A stretch of DNA of 64,000 bases from a virus (Duplodnaviria > Caudoviricetes). The position numbers and the translations under genes were made by a program. Position 1 is the first letter of the stretch. Every line of letters begins with the position of its first letter. The stretch lies in IMG/VR virus record IMGVR_UViG_3300023213_000432, positions 160,001 through 224,000 of that record; one strand, given 5' to 3'. The notes under the pieces were generated by a model that saw only the letters and a list, made by a program, of their open reading frames with translations, had not been told where the DNA came from and did not search any database. Positions 46,045-57,113 of this stretch are shown one piece after another.

Positions 46045-46965
46045 TTATTCTGCCTCTTCTTCCTCATATATCGTCTTAAAATATTCTATCGTCTTCTCAA
46101 TGCCCCTTTCCAAATCCCATTGAGGTTTCCATCCTTTTGCTTGAAGCTTCTCAGAAGATAATCTTGTATGCATCAATTCTCCCTTAATCGCTTCTCCATA
46201 AACAATTTTAGATTGACTTCCTGTTTTCTCCAAAATCATTTTAGTCACCTCATTGACACTAGTTTGCGTATTAGAGCTGACATTGTAGGTTCCTTCCAAA
46301 TCCATTGCCAAAAGATTGGCTTGAACAACCGAATAACAATCGATAAAATCTCTGGTTGCCTCACCTGAACCAAAGATTACGAGATCTTCCCCCTTTAACG
46401 CTTTCTCAATAAAAATGGAAATTATTCCAGCTTCGCCCTTACTGTTTTGGCGCGGGCCGTAGCAATTAGAATATCGTAGAGCGACATAGGGCAGATTATA
46501 CAATGCTAAATACTTTTCCACCGTCAATTTTGCCAATCCATATGGACTTTGAGGGTTGCACTCGGATGTTTCCTTCCATGGAAGAGGCGCCTTAGGAGAA
46601 TAGATGGCTCCCCCCGTTGAGGAAAAAATTAATTTCTTCACACTCGTCCTCACACAGTTTTCTATAATGTTGAGACTGCCCACAATATTAGTACTAGCGT
46701 CAAAGCGAGGTTCTTTGATAGAGTGGCGCAGATTTATTTGGGCAGCTAAATGGAAAACATAATCAAAATGGTGTTTATCAAAGATTTTACGAATCATCGC
46801 AGGATCAGTAATATCTTCTTTGTAAAAGGCGACGGGCGAATGAAGATTATCAAGGGAACCAGTGGAAAGGTTATCAATTACTACTATTTGATGAGATTGT
46901 TGAGCCAACGCATCTACTAAATGAGACCCGATAAATCCGCAACCTCCCGTGATTAAAATTTGCAT
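46045..46965 (-). CDS. NAD-dependent nucleotide-sugar 4-epimerase (GalE-like)
   Basis: TGGCGFIGSH, HLAAQ, SSTGGAIY, YGLAK, RYSNCYGPRQ. Confidence 0.9.
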   Translation of the reverse strand: MQILITGGCGFIGSHLVDALAQQSHQIVVIDNLSTGSLDNLHSPVAFYKEDITDPAMIRKIFDKHHFDYVFHLAAQINLRHSIKEPRFDASTNIVGSLNIIENCVRTSVKKLIFSSTGGAIYSPKAPLPWKETSECNPQSPYGLAKLTVEKYLALYNLPYVALRYSNCYGPRQNSKGEAGIISIFIEKALKGEDLVIFGSGEATRDFIDCYSVVQANLLAMDLEGTYNVSSNTQTSVNEVTKMILEKTGSQSKIVYGEAIKGELMHTRLSSEKLQAKGWKPQWDLERGIEKTIEYFKTIYEEEEAE

Positions 46966-47927
46966 GTTGCCTCTTTTTGAGCTAGTTCTAAATCGTAATC
47001 CACCATTTCTTTTATTAAGTCAGTAAAGCTATATTTAGCTTTCCAATTCAGATGAGTTTGAATTTTGGTAATGTTGCCGCATAGAGTGTTTTCTGTAGTG
47101 TTCCTAAGAAATTTAGGATCTATCAAGACATAATCTTTCCAGTTTAAATCACAATATTCAAAAGCCAACTCTACCAATTCTTGGATCGAATGAGTCTGTC
47201 CAGAAGCAACAACAAAATCATCAGCTTGATGGTGAGTAATAATTTTGTAAATGGCTTCGGCGGTATCTTGGGCATGACTGAAATCGCGACATGATTGTAA
47301 ATTGCCAAGAGTGAGCGTCTTTTGCAAACCATATTTGATCCGAGCGGCTCCTTTGGTAATTTTACGAAAAACATATTCTTCGCTGCGGCGAGGACTTTCA
47401 CTATTAAAACAGATAGCATTACAAGCGAATACCCCCGTTTTGCGATAAGCTATGGTTGCCTGATACCCAATAAACTTAGCTTGAGCATAAGGGGATTGAG
47501 GATCTAATGGGCTAATTTCATTTTGAGGTGCCGGACTACTACCAAACATCAGGGCACTTCCCAGAGTAATAAAACGAGTGAATGGACTGTATTGTTGAAT
47601 GGCTTGCAAACAGGAAGAAACCGCATTGCCCGTGGCTTTCATGGTGTATTCTGCATTATCAAAAGAAGAGACAACGTTGGATTGTGCTGCACAATTGATA
47701 AAAAAATCAGGACATTTGCTAGCTAAACTATTAACAAAAGGCACATAAGTGATGTCTCCGGAGATAAGAGACAATTTAGAATCAGAAAGTAATGGCTCCA
47801 TGTATGTTGGCATGGGCTTGTCGAGATTATGAATTACCCCCCAGACTTCGTAATTTGCTTTCAAAAAAAGTTCGGTCAAATATGATCCAATTTGACCGGT
47901 AACGCCAGTAATACAAACAGTCGGCAT
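46953..47927 (-). CDS. second GDP-mannose 4,6-dehydratase-like protein
   Basis: ITGVTGQIGSYL, AAQSNV..SF, SPYAQAK, FNSESPRR, LGNL...RD. Confidence 0.85.
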   Translation of the reverse strand: MPTVCITGVTGQIGSYLTELFLKANYEVWGVIHNLDKPMPTYMEPLLSDSKLSLISGDITYVPFVNSLASKCPDFFINCAAQSNVVSSFDNAEYTMKATGNAVSSCLQAIQQYSPFTRFITLGSALMFGSSPAPQNEISPLDPQSPYAQAKFIGYQATIAYRKTGVFACNAICFNSESPRRSEEYVFRKITKGAARIKYGLQKTLTLGNLQSCRDFSHAQDTAEAIYKIITHHQADDFVVASGQTHSIQELVELAFEYCDLNWKDYVLIDPKFLRNTTENTLCGNITKIQTHLNWKAKYSFTDLIKEMVDYDLELAQKEATCKF

Positions 47928-47980
47928 ATCGCGGTATATATCGTGGGTAGATGTGAATTTCTAAAATTAGTGAGAGAAAC

Positions 47981-48601
47981 ATGCAGATAGAGTTTCAAGG
48001 ACAAGCCCGCCAAGATGAATTTGTTGCCAATATTTTGAATTTTAAAGAAGATGGATATTATTTGGACATCGGAAGTTGTGATGCAATTTCTACCAGTAAT
48101 ACTTATTACCTCGAATCATTAGGATGGAATGGGATTTGCGTAGAAATTGATCCACAACATGTCAAAAGTTATGATGCTCGAACGTGTTATTTCGTGAATG
48201 GTGATGCTACTCAACTTGATTATAAGGATTTGTTGGATCGAAGAAATTATCCACCACACATTGATTATTTATCATTGGACGTGGATGAATTAAGCACCGC
48301 AGTTCTCCAGAAATTACCCCTCGACGATTACAGATTTAATATCATTACTATCGAACATGATTTTTATCGACTTGGTGGTGAATTCCGAGATATTCAAAGA
48401 GGTCTTTTACATAAACATGGGTATTCACTATTATTTGCAGATGTATTAGTGCCGCTCAACGACGAATTCCCGCCTGACTGCGCTTTTGAGGATTGGTGGA
48501 TTGATCCCACAACTTTTGATATGGAGATCATGAAGAAGTTAAGCGCGGAAAAATTATACCCCAAACAAATAATTGATGTCCTCAAGGAATCCAAATCATG
48601 A
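47981..48601 (+). CDS. FkbM-like SAM methyltransferase
   Basis: QARQD, YLDIGSCD...SNT, GICVE, IDYLSLDVD, ITIEHD. Confidence 0.85.
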   Translation: MQIEFQGQARQDEFVANILNFKEDGYYLDIGSCDAISTSNTYYLESLGWNGICVEIDPQHVKSYDARTCYFVNGDATQLDYKDLLDRRNYPPHIDYLSLDVDELSTAVLQKLPLDDYRFNIITIEHDFYRLGGEFRDIQRGLLHKHGYSLLFADVLVPLNDEFPPDCAFEDWWIDPTTFDMEIMKKLSAEKLYPKQIIDVLKESKS

Positions 48602-49344
48602 TTAATATATATACTATCCAATTCAATGATGCCGATTATTTACGATGGCAACATCGAACTTTTGAAAGATTTTGTAAGGACGCTTATCGAATAATTTGCA
48701 TCAACAATGCCTATGATAATTGGCGTAATAAAGAAGAAATTCGAACCACAGCCGTCGAATTAGGAATAGAACACCATTTTCCTCAAGGCGTCAATAATGT
48801 TAAAGGTGGGTGGGCTCATCAATCTGCTCTCAATTGGACTTGGCGTAACCTTATCATTCATAACAATGACATTAACATGATTTTAGATCATGATATGTTT
48901 TTAATCCGAGATTTTTCTTGTGCAGGCATGCAAGAAGATGTTTGGAGCGTGATGCAAGGGCGCGGAGGTCATATTAGATATTTTTGGCCCGGATTTATGG
49001 TAGTCAATAACACTCTAAGAGATAAAGAGACAGCGGATTTTACTGGCGGGATAATTGATGGTCATCCATGCGATAGTGGCGGCAACTGGCATCACTATCT
49101 TCAAAGGCACCCAGATCTCAAGATTAAAGGGTTATCGATGGTGCATATTTGTGCGGAACAAGGCAACCTAGATGTATTACCTCCTGAGATTTTGGGCGAA
49201 TATGATGATAAAATCGATCCTATCCAAATACTGGAAAATCATACCATTCATTTTCGGAATGGTTCCAATTGGGCACAGAATCCTAATATTGGAAAAAAGA
49301 AAGAACACCTTATCAAAATTCTTAATTTTTATTTAAATAAATGA
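48598..49344 (+). CDS. putative glycosyltransferase (GT-A-like)
   Basis: ILDHDMFL DxD motif; homologous to 52486..53328. Confidence 0.6.
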   Translation: MINIYTIQFNDADYLRWQHRTFERFCKDAYRIICINNAYDNWRNKEEIRTTAVELGIEHHFPQGVNNVKGGWAHQSALNWTWRNLIIHNNDINMILDHDMFLIRDFSCAGMQEDVWSVMQGRGGHIRYFWPGFMVVNNTLRDKETADFTGGIIDGHPCDSGGNWHHYLQRHPDLKIKGLSMVHICAEQGNLDVLPPEILGEYDDKIDPIQILENHTIHFRNGSNWAQNPNIGKKKEHLIKILNFYLNK

Positions 49345-50312
49345 GCGAAATTAAAGTTGTCATTTTTGTAGTCACATTTAATCGTCTAAACACTCTTCGG
49401 AGATCGCTAGATGCTTATCGGGGATTTGCCACTCCACACGAAATTGTTATCATCAATAATGGCACCGATGATCCTCATGCGCTAGAATACCTTAATTCAT
49501 TGCCATATAAAGTTTATACTTTTCCTCAAATCTTTACCACCGATGCATTGGGGGCTAATATCGCTGCTGGTGTTCGAAAATATTATGACGAAGGCAACTA
49601 TGCTCCCTACTATGCAGTTTCGGATTGCGATATTTGCTTTGAAGGCGCACCACACAACACTTTAGATGCGTATATCGATTTATACCAAGCACTCGGTGGC
49701 AGATTTAATGTTGGCCCTGCCTTGATGATTGATCAGATACCTAACCACTATCCTCTAAAAAACAAAGCTATCATTGATAGTGCGTTTGATTTGCTTCCAC
49801 GTAATCAAAGAACATGGAACGGCATCCAATACAGTGAAGTTCCGATCGATACTACTTTTTGTTTATTTAGCGCTTCCAATACTCATTTTAGACGGCTGAC
49901 TAACACTATTCGTGTTAATAAGCCATACGCCGCCCACCATCTTGATTGGTATATTGACATTCGGAGCCCACAAGAAGATCAGGTGCGATACATGTTCAAG
50001 AAAAGTCCGATTGGTTCCTCAGGCGGCACCTATATTTCTGGTATGTATGAAGATTTACGAGTATCTCCAGAATATGCTTTTCAAAAAAGAATTGGAGAAT
50101 GGTCAAATAGAGAGCTTGCCTCATATTACATCGAGCCATATAATATTGCGTGGATGCTTCAATTTGGAATTGGATGCCAACAAGATATTGCTGAATCAAA
50201 AAGATGGATGACCAAAATGATTAAAACTTATGGAATTCATAAGGTAGATAAAATTTCCAATGAAGACTACTTTAAAATGATCTATGAGAACGATTTTGGA
50301 TGCCTCCGATGA
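49341..50312 (+). CDS. glycosyltransferase family 2-like protein
   Basis: VVTFNR, INNGTDD, SDCD, IDTTF. Confidence 0.75.
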   Translation: MSEIKVVIFVVTFNRLNTLRRSLDAYRGFATPHEIVIINNGTDDPHALEYLNSLPYKVYTFPQIFTTDALGANIAAGVRKYYDEGNYAPYYAVSDCDICFEGAPHNTLDAYIDLYQALGGRFNVGPALMIDQIPNHYPLKNKAIIDSAFDLLPRNQRTWNGIQYSEVPIDTTFCLFSASNTHFRRLTNTIRVNKPYAAHHLDWYIDIRSPQEDQVRYMFKKSPIGSSGGTYISGMYEDLRVSPEYAFQKRIGEWSNRELASYYIEPYNIAWMLQFGIGCQQDIAESKRWMTKMIKTYGIHKVDKISNEDYFKMIYENDFGCLR

Positions 50313-50977
50313 TTGCTATTTTTTGTCATATTTTTTATTCAAGAACATGGACTGATATTCGAGAGAGGTTAAGAAATTTTCCATTTCCTTTCAATCTTTA
50401 TATTAATCTTGTTGAGGGTCATTCTAGTCCGCTACTCAATATCATCGTTGCAGAGTTTCCGAGCGCTAAGATTCAGATTTCTCCCAATCAAGGAATGGAT
50501 CCCGGCGGACAACTTTGCACCCTCAATTATTGGTTAAAAGAAGGAGAAAACGAAGATTTTTTAATTTTCATTCATTCCAAGAACGATGATAGTCTGCGGG
50601 ACTTAATGATGAGCATTATTACTCCAGAAAAAGCCAGAAAAGCGATGGAACTTTTTAATGATCCTCAAGTGGGGATGGTCGGCGTTCAAGAGTGGAATCT
50701 ATACCCGCCAAAAATGTATAGTGCTCCTATTCACTTTTGTGATTACTATTGTGAGAAACTTGGTTTGAATAATTTTGAAACTAATCGTTTTGGATTTATT
50801 GGTGGAACTCAATTTTGGGTGCGCTCTTCTATTTATCGCAAAGTTTTTCAAAATGCTCCTATTCTTGATATTGTCGGCGAACTTCCTCCCTATGAAACTG
50901 GAAGTAAAACTCATGCCTTAGAACGAATTTTTGGGTATATTGTTTTGAGCGAAGGATTTAAAATCGAAGGCGTCTGA
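50300..50977 (+). CDS. rhamnan synthesis F (RgpF)-like glycosyltransferase
   Basis: HIFY, NQGMDPG, IHSK, FIGGTQFWVR, HALERIFG. Confidence 0.75.
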   Translation: MPPMIAIFCHIFYSRTWTDIRERLRNFPFPFNLYINLVEGHSSPLLNIIVAEFPSAKIQISPNQGMDPGGQLCTLNYWLKEGENEDFLIFIHSKNDDSLRDLMMSIITPEKARKAMELFNDPQVGMVGVQEWNLYPPKMYSAPIHFCDYYCEKLGLNNFETNRFGFIGGTQFWVRSSIYRKVFQNAPILDIVGELPPYETGSKTHALERIFGYIVLSEGFKIEGV

Positions 50978-50978
50978 C

Positions 50979-51515
50979 ATGACACTAAGAGAATTATTTT
51001 GGAGTAAAGGATCGTCTTACTATTTAACTGACAAAGACACCCATCATACTTATTTGGAGACATATTCTAAATTGTTCGGTAAATGGGAGAAAGAACCGAT
51101 TACTATTTTGGAAGTGGGAGTATATAAAGGTGGTAGCTTGAGACTATTTGAAGAATATTTTGTTAACGCTACCATTATTGGTTATGACATTAAGGATTGG
51201 GGCGATATTCAATGTAAACGAGCTACTCGTATTCTTAAAGATTTTGGACAAGTATCTTCCACAGAATTACCGGACAATATTACCATCGCTATTGAAGATG
51301 GGGCTCATGACTTTCATAGTCAGTTTGACTTTGTCAGAAAAGTGTGGCCTAAGATGGCATCAGGCGGAATTATGGTAATTGAAGATATTTTCACTCGCAA
51401 ATTGGGAGAGATGAAAACTGCTTTGGATGCTATTCGAATGCCGTATGAATTGCTAACATTTTATCCTCCAAAGGACGAGGATAACGATAACTTATTTATT
51501 ATTCGAAAAGATTAA
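50979..51515 (+). CDS. class I SAM methyltransferase (sugar O-methyltransferase-like)
   Basis: TDK..HH.Y, ILEVGVYKGGS, IEDGAH, VIEDI. Confidence 0.85.
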   Translation: MTLRELFWSKGSSYYLTDKDTHHTYLETYSKLFGKWEKEPITILEVGVYKGGSLRLFEEYFVNATIIGYDIKDWGDIQCKRATRILKDFGQVSSTELPDNITIAIEDGAHDFHSQFDFVRKVWPKMASGGIMVIEDIFTRKLGEMKTALDAIRMPYELLTFYPPKDEDNDNLFIIRKD

Positions 51516-52495
51516 TTTATATCAATGGTTGGCAAATATTCGTCCATATAAGTGGTAAGCTTATCTGTCGTTAAAAGAAAATCAGCAGACGAATATTCTT
51601 TGCTCAAATTATTTTTGGGCAAACTATTTTTGACGACAACAAAATAATTATCTCGAACATCCGTTCTGAGCGCCTCTTCAGTGGTTAACATAATTTCGTC
51701 CAATTTTTCCACTCCTCGTAAGCCAATTATTTTGTAAGGTTTGTTAAATTTCTTGCTAAAGTATTCTATTAAATCAAGGATTTTCATTGAAGAAAGTTTT
51801 GGCACCCACATCTCTCCGTTTTGTCCCCGCTTTATAGTATCATTGATTAAATTAACTGCTTCAGAAAGCGTCATCATAAATCTTGTCATTGCTGGATGTG
51901 TTAAAGTAAAACAATTGATTTTGGAATCTTTGGACTGTTTTATTAATAATGGTATTATGCTGCCCTTGGAGCACAAAACATTGCCATATCTAACTACGAT
52001 TACTTTGGAAGTGGAGCCATCAAAATGATTAGATAAGTTGAACATAATTTTTTCGGAAATGGACTTGCACATTCCATAAATACTGATCGGCCCAGCCGCT
52101 TTATCTGTAGATATAAAACATGTTATTTGGGGCGCCCATGCTTTTATTAGACTCAATGATTGGATTGCATTGGCAATATTTAATATACCTAGAATATTGG
52201 TTTTGACGCTTTCTTCTGGAAATTTTTCACAAATGTCTATTTGTTTAAGTGCTTGCGCGATGATTACGATATCTGGTTTTTCTTGTAACAAAATTTCTTT
52301 AACTCTTTTGTCATCTCTAACATCACAAATGGTAGTGGAAAGATTGTTGTGTTTGAAGCGATTACTTATTTCCCAGTGTTTGGCTTCGTCGCGAGAAGCT
52401 ACAACAATTTCATATCGATCGATGTAAAACTTTACCAGCTCATTGCCTAAGGAACCTGCTCCACCGAATATTAACATTTTGGTCATTAGTCCCAT
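51512..52495 (-). CDS. UDP-GlcNAc 4,6-dehydratase/epimerase (CapD/FnlA/PseB family)
   Basis: GGAGSLG, SRDEAK, STDKA, YGMCK, VRYGNV..SKGSIIP, TRF.M, GLRGVEK. Confidence 0.88.
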   Translation of the reverse strand: MGLMTKMLIFGGAGSLGNELVKFYIDRYEIVVASRDEAKHWEISNRFKHNNLSTTICDVRDDKRVKEILLQEKPDIVIIAQALKQIDICEKFPEESVKTNILGILNIANAIQSLSLIKAWAPQITCFISTDKAAGPISIYGMCKSISEKIMFNLSNHFDGSTSKVIVVRYGNVLCSKGSIIPLLIKQSKDSKINCFTLTHPAMTRFMMTLSEAVNLINDTIKRGQNGEMWVPKLSSMKILDLIEYFSKKFNKPYKIIGLRGVEKLDEIMLTTEEALRTDVRDNYFVVVKNSLPKNNLSKEYSSADFLLTTDKLTTYMDEYLPTIDIN

Positions 52496-53328
52496 CCGAA
52501 ATATTCGTTATTTTGCATTTGAAAATTATGCTCTTTGGCTATTATTATTCCGTCTATGGTTCCATAAACAAATTTTTTGACAAATTCTGATTTTAATCTG
52601 TGATGGTCTTCGGAGCGCCAATCCCAATTACTACTAGCGCGATAATGTAAAAACTCATTACCAAAAAATTCAATATGATATTCATCATTATATTCATTAA
52701 GAAGACTATCAGGGATACAATGTCTGTTACCGTTTTGTTCTTTGATGTGCCAGCTGCTTTTTAAATTTTTGACTTTTTCTTTCATACTTGGGTGTGATTG
52801 AAAATATAAATATGTTCCGCCTCCGGTATCTAATGCCACTTCTACTCCAGTATCGTAAAGTTTTGGCCCCTCCCAATCAATAGTTTCAGCATCGGGTATA
52901 TTTTCTGTATCCATTATAACTACAGCCGGGCCCAAATAATGATAATGTGGGCGACGTTTATAATACGCTCCTGCGAACGCATAATCCTTCATAAAATCGT
53001 TGATATTGAGTTTCTTAATTAAGAAAATATCACCATCCATCATAATGGTAAAAGTTCCATTGTTTTTAATGGAGTGATTTTTCCAAACATAGTTGAATGC
53101 GTCGGCATGTTGTTTGCCAACCGGGCCTTCACTGTAAAACGTTTCTATTATTTCCAATTTTAGTTCAGAAGCTGCGTTGTTTATTTCTTGACGATGATTA
53201 GGATCTCGTGCGTTATTGACCACAATTAATTCAAATTGATCGGAAAGATGACATTTGAAACTATCAAGCTGCCATTTGATTATGTCTGCTCTATTGCAGT
53301 GGATAGTGTATATTTTGACTGGCTTCAT
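52486..53328 (-). CDS. putative glycosyltransferase (GT-A-like)
   Basis: MMDGDIFL DxD motif; homologous to 48598..49344. Confidence 0.6.
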   Translation of the reverse strand: MKPVKIYTIHCNRADIIKWQLDSFKCHLSDQFELIVVNNARDPNHRQEINNAASELKLEIIETFYSEGPVGKQHADAFNYVWKNHSIKNNGTFTIMMDGDIFLIKKLNINDFMKDYAFAGAYYKRRPHYHYLGPAVVIMDTENIPDAETIDWEGPKLYDTGVEVALDTGGGTYLYFQSHPSMKEKVKNLKSSWHIKEQNGNRHCIPDSLLNEYNDEYHIEFFGNEFLHYRASSNWDWRSEDHHRLKSEFVKKFVYGTIDGIIIAKEHNFQMQNNEYFGWD

Positions 53329-54103
53329 TCATAAACTCTTTCAGCTCATATAGTTGTATTCTGAGTGGCAAACTTTGAATATCTGGCATTAACGTCCTAT
53401 TAACAGAGTTTGTATCAGTATGACTAATTATTGATTTCTGACATTCAAAAATTTCGTTGATAAGTTGAAGCAAACTAAATTTACTAATGGATTCTGATGC
53501 TATTTGTTTAATTCCTATTTGATATGTGGAAGCATGAATGATGTTATCAATAATTTTAGCCAATTCCAAAGTGGTTATTCCTGACCACCAGTGATTAACA
53601 AATCCCTTGACAGGGTTTTGCGAAGTATGTCTGAACCATTCAAATAATCCGAAGTTATCTTTGGATGGCCCGATTATGCTGGTTCGTAAGATCATAGCAT
53701 TTAAATCATCTTCTCCTTTAGCTTTGGATTTGCCATAACTGTCTTCGGCATCTTTTACATCATTGATGCAATACGATTTGCCCGCAGCTAGATTGCCGGA
53801 AAAAACGCAATCGCTTGAAATGTGAAACAATTTTTTGCATTTCGGTACGAGTTTATGTGGAAAATCATCGTTAAGCCTAAAAAATAAATTATCATCCGAT
53901 GATTTTTGTTTGATTAGTCCAATACAGTTAATGACATAATCATATTTTAACAATAGGGGAGGCTCAACTAAAGCATTGAATTCTTTTCTTGTCCATGCTG
54001 TAATAGCGTAACCAATTTTTGTTAGGTATTGAGAAATCGTGGAGCCTGCCATTCCGCTAGCCCCTAATACCAAGATCTTGCACGAATTACGTGTTATTGA
54101 CAC
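53291..54103 (-). CDS. RmlD-like nucleotide-sugar 4-reductase
   Basis: VLGASGMAG, HISSDCVFSG, YGKSK, LRTSIIG. Confidence 0.85.
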   Translation of the reverse strand: MSITRNSCKILVLGASGMAGSTISQYLTKIGYAITAWTRKEFNALVEPPLLLKYDYVINCIGLIKQKSSDDNLFFRLNDDFPHKLVPKCKKLFHISSDCVFSGNLAAGKSYCINDVKDAEDSYGKSKAKGEDDLNAMILRTSIIGPSKDNFGLFEWFRHTSQNPVKGFVNHWWSGITTLELAKIIDNIIHASTYQIGIKQIASESISKFSLLQLINEIFECQKSIISHTDTNSVNRTLMPDIQSLPLRIQLYELKEFMNEASQNIHYPLQ

Positions 54104-55011
54104 GTTTTTTCCAGAAAATCCAAAATCGCACCTATTCTATTGATGTAGGTATGTTTATTTTTAACAACATCCATCAAGGCGTGCAATTCCGTTAGAGGCA
54201 TACTTTCCATATATGTTCGAGCATTATAGAATAAGAGACGAGTATCGTTATTGTGAATTACTTTTTGTTGGAATAGTTCATGAATTCGTGGAGAATTGGT
54301 GATTCCCATTTGTCCATAACTAATATTTTTAAAAATCCTACAAGGAACATATCCTTTTTCATGTTGCCATTTACCCACAATAGTTGGTGCCATGTAAGAA
54401 TTTTGAATGAATTTGATATGTTCTTCTGGAACAACATTCATTCCATGCTCAAATCGAATACCGTTGGCTTGACATGCTTGTTGAAATGGAGTGATCTGAT
54501 CCAGATTACCAAAAGATCCTTCGCCCACAGTTCCGACCCAACGAATTAATTTGCTTTCGCTATTAAATACTCTGTTGGATTTATTGGCTTCTATCTCATG
54601 AGGCAGCAAATCAGTCGCCCATGGGAAATAAATGCATTTGCCATCGTAATCCGCTAAAACACAGTCATCCATTTTGGTGGTATTGTATTTCAAAGCATCG
54701 TCTGTATATGTTTGCATTCTAACCGCTTTATTGTCAGCAATTAGCGGCAAATATTTAGGATCATAGCAGTTATGAATAACATATAAACAATTATGACTAA
54801 TAGGAATTTTCTTATCTACTTGACCCTCGGTTAAATATAGGGTATTCGTGTGAAAGCTATCATTTACATTATCGTTATCGTCAAACCAATAGGCTTGGGC
54901 TCCTAGATGCTTGAAAGCTTTGACATAGGCTTGATGAATATAATAGAAAGTATTTTCTGTGGTCTTATGACCCCATAAAACAACTTTCCAATCTGTATAA
55001 TTAAACTGCAT
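54094..55011 (-). CDS. putative glycosyltransferase (GT-B/CgeB-like)
   Basis: VVLWGH, FPWATDLLP, CRIFKNISYG; located in the glycan cluster. Confidence 0.6.
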   Translation of the reverse strand: MQFNYTDWKVVLWGHKTTENTFYYIHQAYVKAFKHLGAQAYWFDDNDNVNDSFHTNTLYLTEGQVDKKIPISHNCLYVIHNCYDPKYLPLIADNKAVRMQTYTDDALKYNTTKMDDCVLADYDGKCIYFPWATDLLPHEIEANKSNRVFNSESKLIRWVGTVGEGSFGNLDQITPFQQACQANGIRFEHGMNVVPEEHIKFIQNSYMAPTIVGKWQHEKGYVPCRIFKNISYGQMGITNSPRIHELFQQKVIHNNDTRLLFYNARTYMESMPLTELHALMDVVKNKHTYINRIGAILDFLEKTCQ

Positions 55012-55618
55012 TTTGATCCTGTTGATTGATATATATGCCTATCATAGATTTCCCATCCAAATAATACATGCGGCATCTTTCTTCATTCATTATGTATTTT
55101 TGGGTTATGTTAAATAATGTGTATGGGGAAAACCAGTACTTGTGATCCGGATGCACGATTTCAAAAGCATATTCGTCTTCTTGAGTCATTTCTTTTTGAT
55201 AGTGTAAAATATTGGGAACACTAATAAAAACTTCTTTGGATTTAATAACAAAAATCTGATCTAAAAATTCTTTAGCATTTATCACATGTTCCAAAACTTC
55301 TGGTACAATCACTATATCATATTCTTGATCGCAAGTTTCAAAATTTGAAAAATATGTTCCGGGATACGCTTCTTGTAATTTTTGTAAATCTTCCTTATTG
55401 ACATCCATTCCGTGCAACTCAGAAGCTGTTTCAATCAACTTGATATGTAAATTATGTCCTGGACCATATACCATCGCATCAGCACATCCAATATGTAGAA
55501 CCTTTTTATCTTTGCATAGGTTTTTAAAGAAATCAAATCTGGTTTCCGTCACGTTAATCATGTGAATTTTTTGCAAATAAAAGTCTTCTGTTTTTTCATA
55601 AATCATATTTGCTTCCAA
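55001..55618 (-). CDS. class I SAM methyltransferase
   Basis: KVLHIGCAD, GMD, EVLEHV, VSVPN. Confidence 0.8.
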   Translation of the reverse strand: MEANMIYEKTEDFYLQKIHMINVTETRFDFFKNLCKDKKVLHIGCADAMVYGPGHNLHIKLIETASELHGMDVNKEDLQKLQEAYPGTYFSNFETCDQEYDIVIVPEVLEHVINAKEFLDQIFVIKSKEVFISVPNILHYQKEMTQEDEYAFEIVHPDHKYWFSPYTLFNITQKYIMNEERCRMYYLDGKSMIGIYINQQDQNAV

Positions 55619-56328
55619 GATGATGGTAAAAGATCTCTAGTGTTGTGAGATAATGCTGGGCCAAACCAACGAGCAGGGGCGACCACAATTTTAGTAGGAA
55701 GTTTATTAAGATAAGCGCTCCACCACCCAAACGTACTATTGCAAACAATCTGGTTTTCACAACTGGCCATTAATGCCAGATCTTCGATCGGACTTCTTCC
55801 TTCTGAGAATATAACGTTATTGCCTGTAAAATTAGCTTTGCACCACGGAATATCATCCGAGAAAATAATGTATTGGTTTGTTTTAGCAATTTCCATGGCT
55901 TTTTGGTAATAGTCCATTCCTAGCTGTATATACTCTCTTGTTAGAGTTAAGTAATCTCCGCGCCTTATGTGTATCGCAGTATAGCCGTATTTGATTCCAA
56001 ATCCAATTTTTGGAGTAAGTAGATGTTGGATGGTGTCCTGACAATCTTCGAAATATTTGATGGATTGATAAAATCCTACTAAATCTACAGTAGCGTTTAT
56101 AGTGTCTCGGTGTGGAATGGGCGCATAATGAAAATGAGGTTCATTGTAAGTGATGGTTGGCTGGATAGAATTGGAAAAGCATCCGTGCAAATTGAAGTGA
56201 GGAGCATAGTCCCATGGTGGAAATAGGTATTTATCGTTATTGCGAATAGCAAGAGCAATGGTAGCGGCACACTGAAAGAGCTGATTTCCAAGTCTGCCTT
56301 GCTTTCCGAGATTAGTAAAAGTGATCAT
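55603..56328 (-). CDS. alpha-1,2-fucosyltransferase (GT11)
   Basis: GRLGNQLFQ, GFYQS..YF, HIRRGDY, FSDDIPWC, NSTFGWWSAYL. Confidence 0.92.
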   Translation of the reverse strand: MITFTNLGKQGRLGNQLFQCAATIALAIRNNDKYLFPPWDYAPHFNLHGCFSNSIQPTITYNEPHFHYAPIPHRDTINATVDLVGFYQSIKYFEDCQDTIQHLLTPKIGFGIKYGYTAIHIRRGDYLTLTREYIQLGMDYYQKAMEIAKTNQYIIFSDDIPWCKANFTGNNVIFSEGRSPIEDLALMASCENQIVCNSTFGWWSAYLNKLPTKIVVAPARWFGPALSHNTRDLLPSSWKQI

Positions 56329-56429
56329 GATTTAGTCTTTACGCTGAAACTGATCGGCATTTTTAATTTCTTTGCACCCACAACATTTTTTGGTTATTAG
56401 GTTTTGTTTTTCAAGATTGGTGGGCGTGA

Positions 56430-57113
56430 TCATGTTGGTTTTTTCTTTTTGTGTCTAATTTTGGTAGATCCGTCTAATATATTTTGTTTTGCAGATAATG
56501 GTCTAAGATTTTCCAACGACCAGCATTCCCTGAATTCTTCGTCTTCCATCGAAGTATAGCGAAATGTTGAGTGGGGAATAATGTGATCTAATTGCCACTT
56601 CCAAGTGGAGGGATCATTATTATTCCAAGTTTTAGAATCATAACTTCCGTGATTATCTTTATTCATCCATGGTTCAAATTGATTTTTTATATGGTTCCAA
56701 AATTCTTCCATAGAATATGGCAAATAATTTAATGTAGATCTGCCGCCCTTACTTGATCCTTCGTGTTTTAAATGATATGCTATCATTTTAGATATAAGTT
56801 TTTTAAGTTTAAATTGAATGTCTTCTTGTATTCTTTCTTTTTCTCTTTCATTATTTCTTTTTAGAATTTTCTTTTTATTGATTGGATCTGTACGATATTC
56901 TTTTTGATATTTTATTTTTTCTTCTCTATGGGTTTGATAATACTGCTTATCATATTTTATTTTATCTTCTTTATGTAGTTGCGCATATTTTCGAAAACAC
57001 TCGCTGCATTTTCCACTTTTTCTTCCATCCTTTCTTTCAAATTGAGACGGAAAAAATTCTTCTTTTGTTTTTATTAGACCGCATTCGTTACATTGTTTGG
57101 TTTTGATATTCAT
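56430..57113 (-). CDS. HNH-like endonuclease (DHIIP...CW.L.NLRP family)
   Basis: N-terminal CxxC pairs; WQLDHIIP...CWSLENLRPLSAKQN. Confidence 0.7.
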   Translation of the reverse strand: MNIKTKQCNECGLIKTKEEFFPSQFERKDGRKSGKCSECFRKYAQLHKEDKIKYDKQYYQTHREEKIKYQKEYRTDPINKKKILKRNNEREKERIQEDIQFKLKKLISKMIAYHLKHEGSSKGGRSTLNYLPYSMEEFWNHIKNQFEPWMNKDNHGSYDSKTWNNNDPSTWKWQLDHIIPHSTFRYTSMEDEEFRECWSLENLRPLSAKQNILDGSTKIRHKKKKPT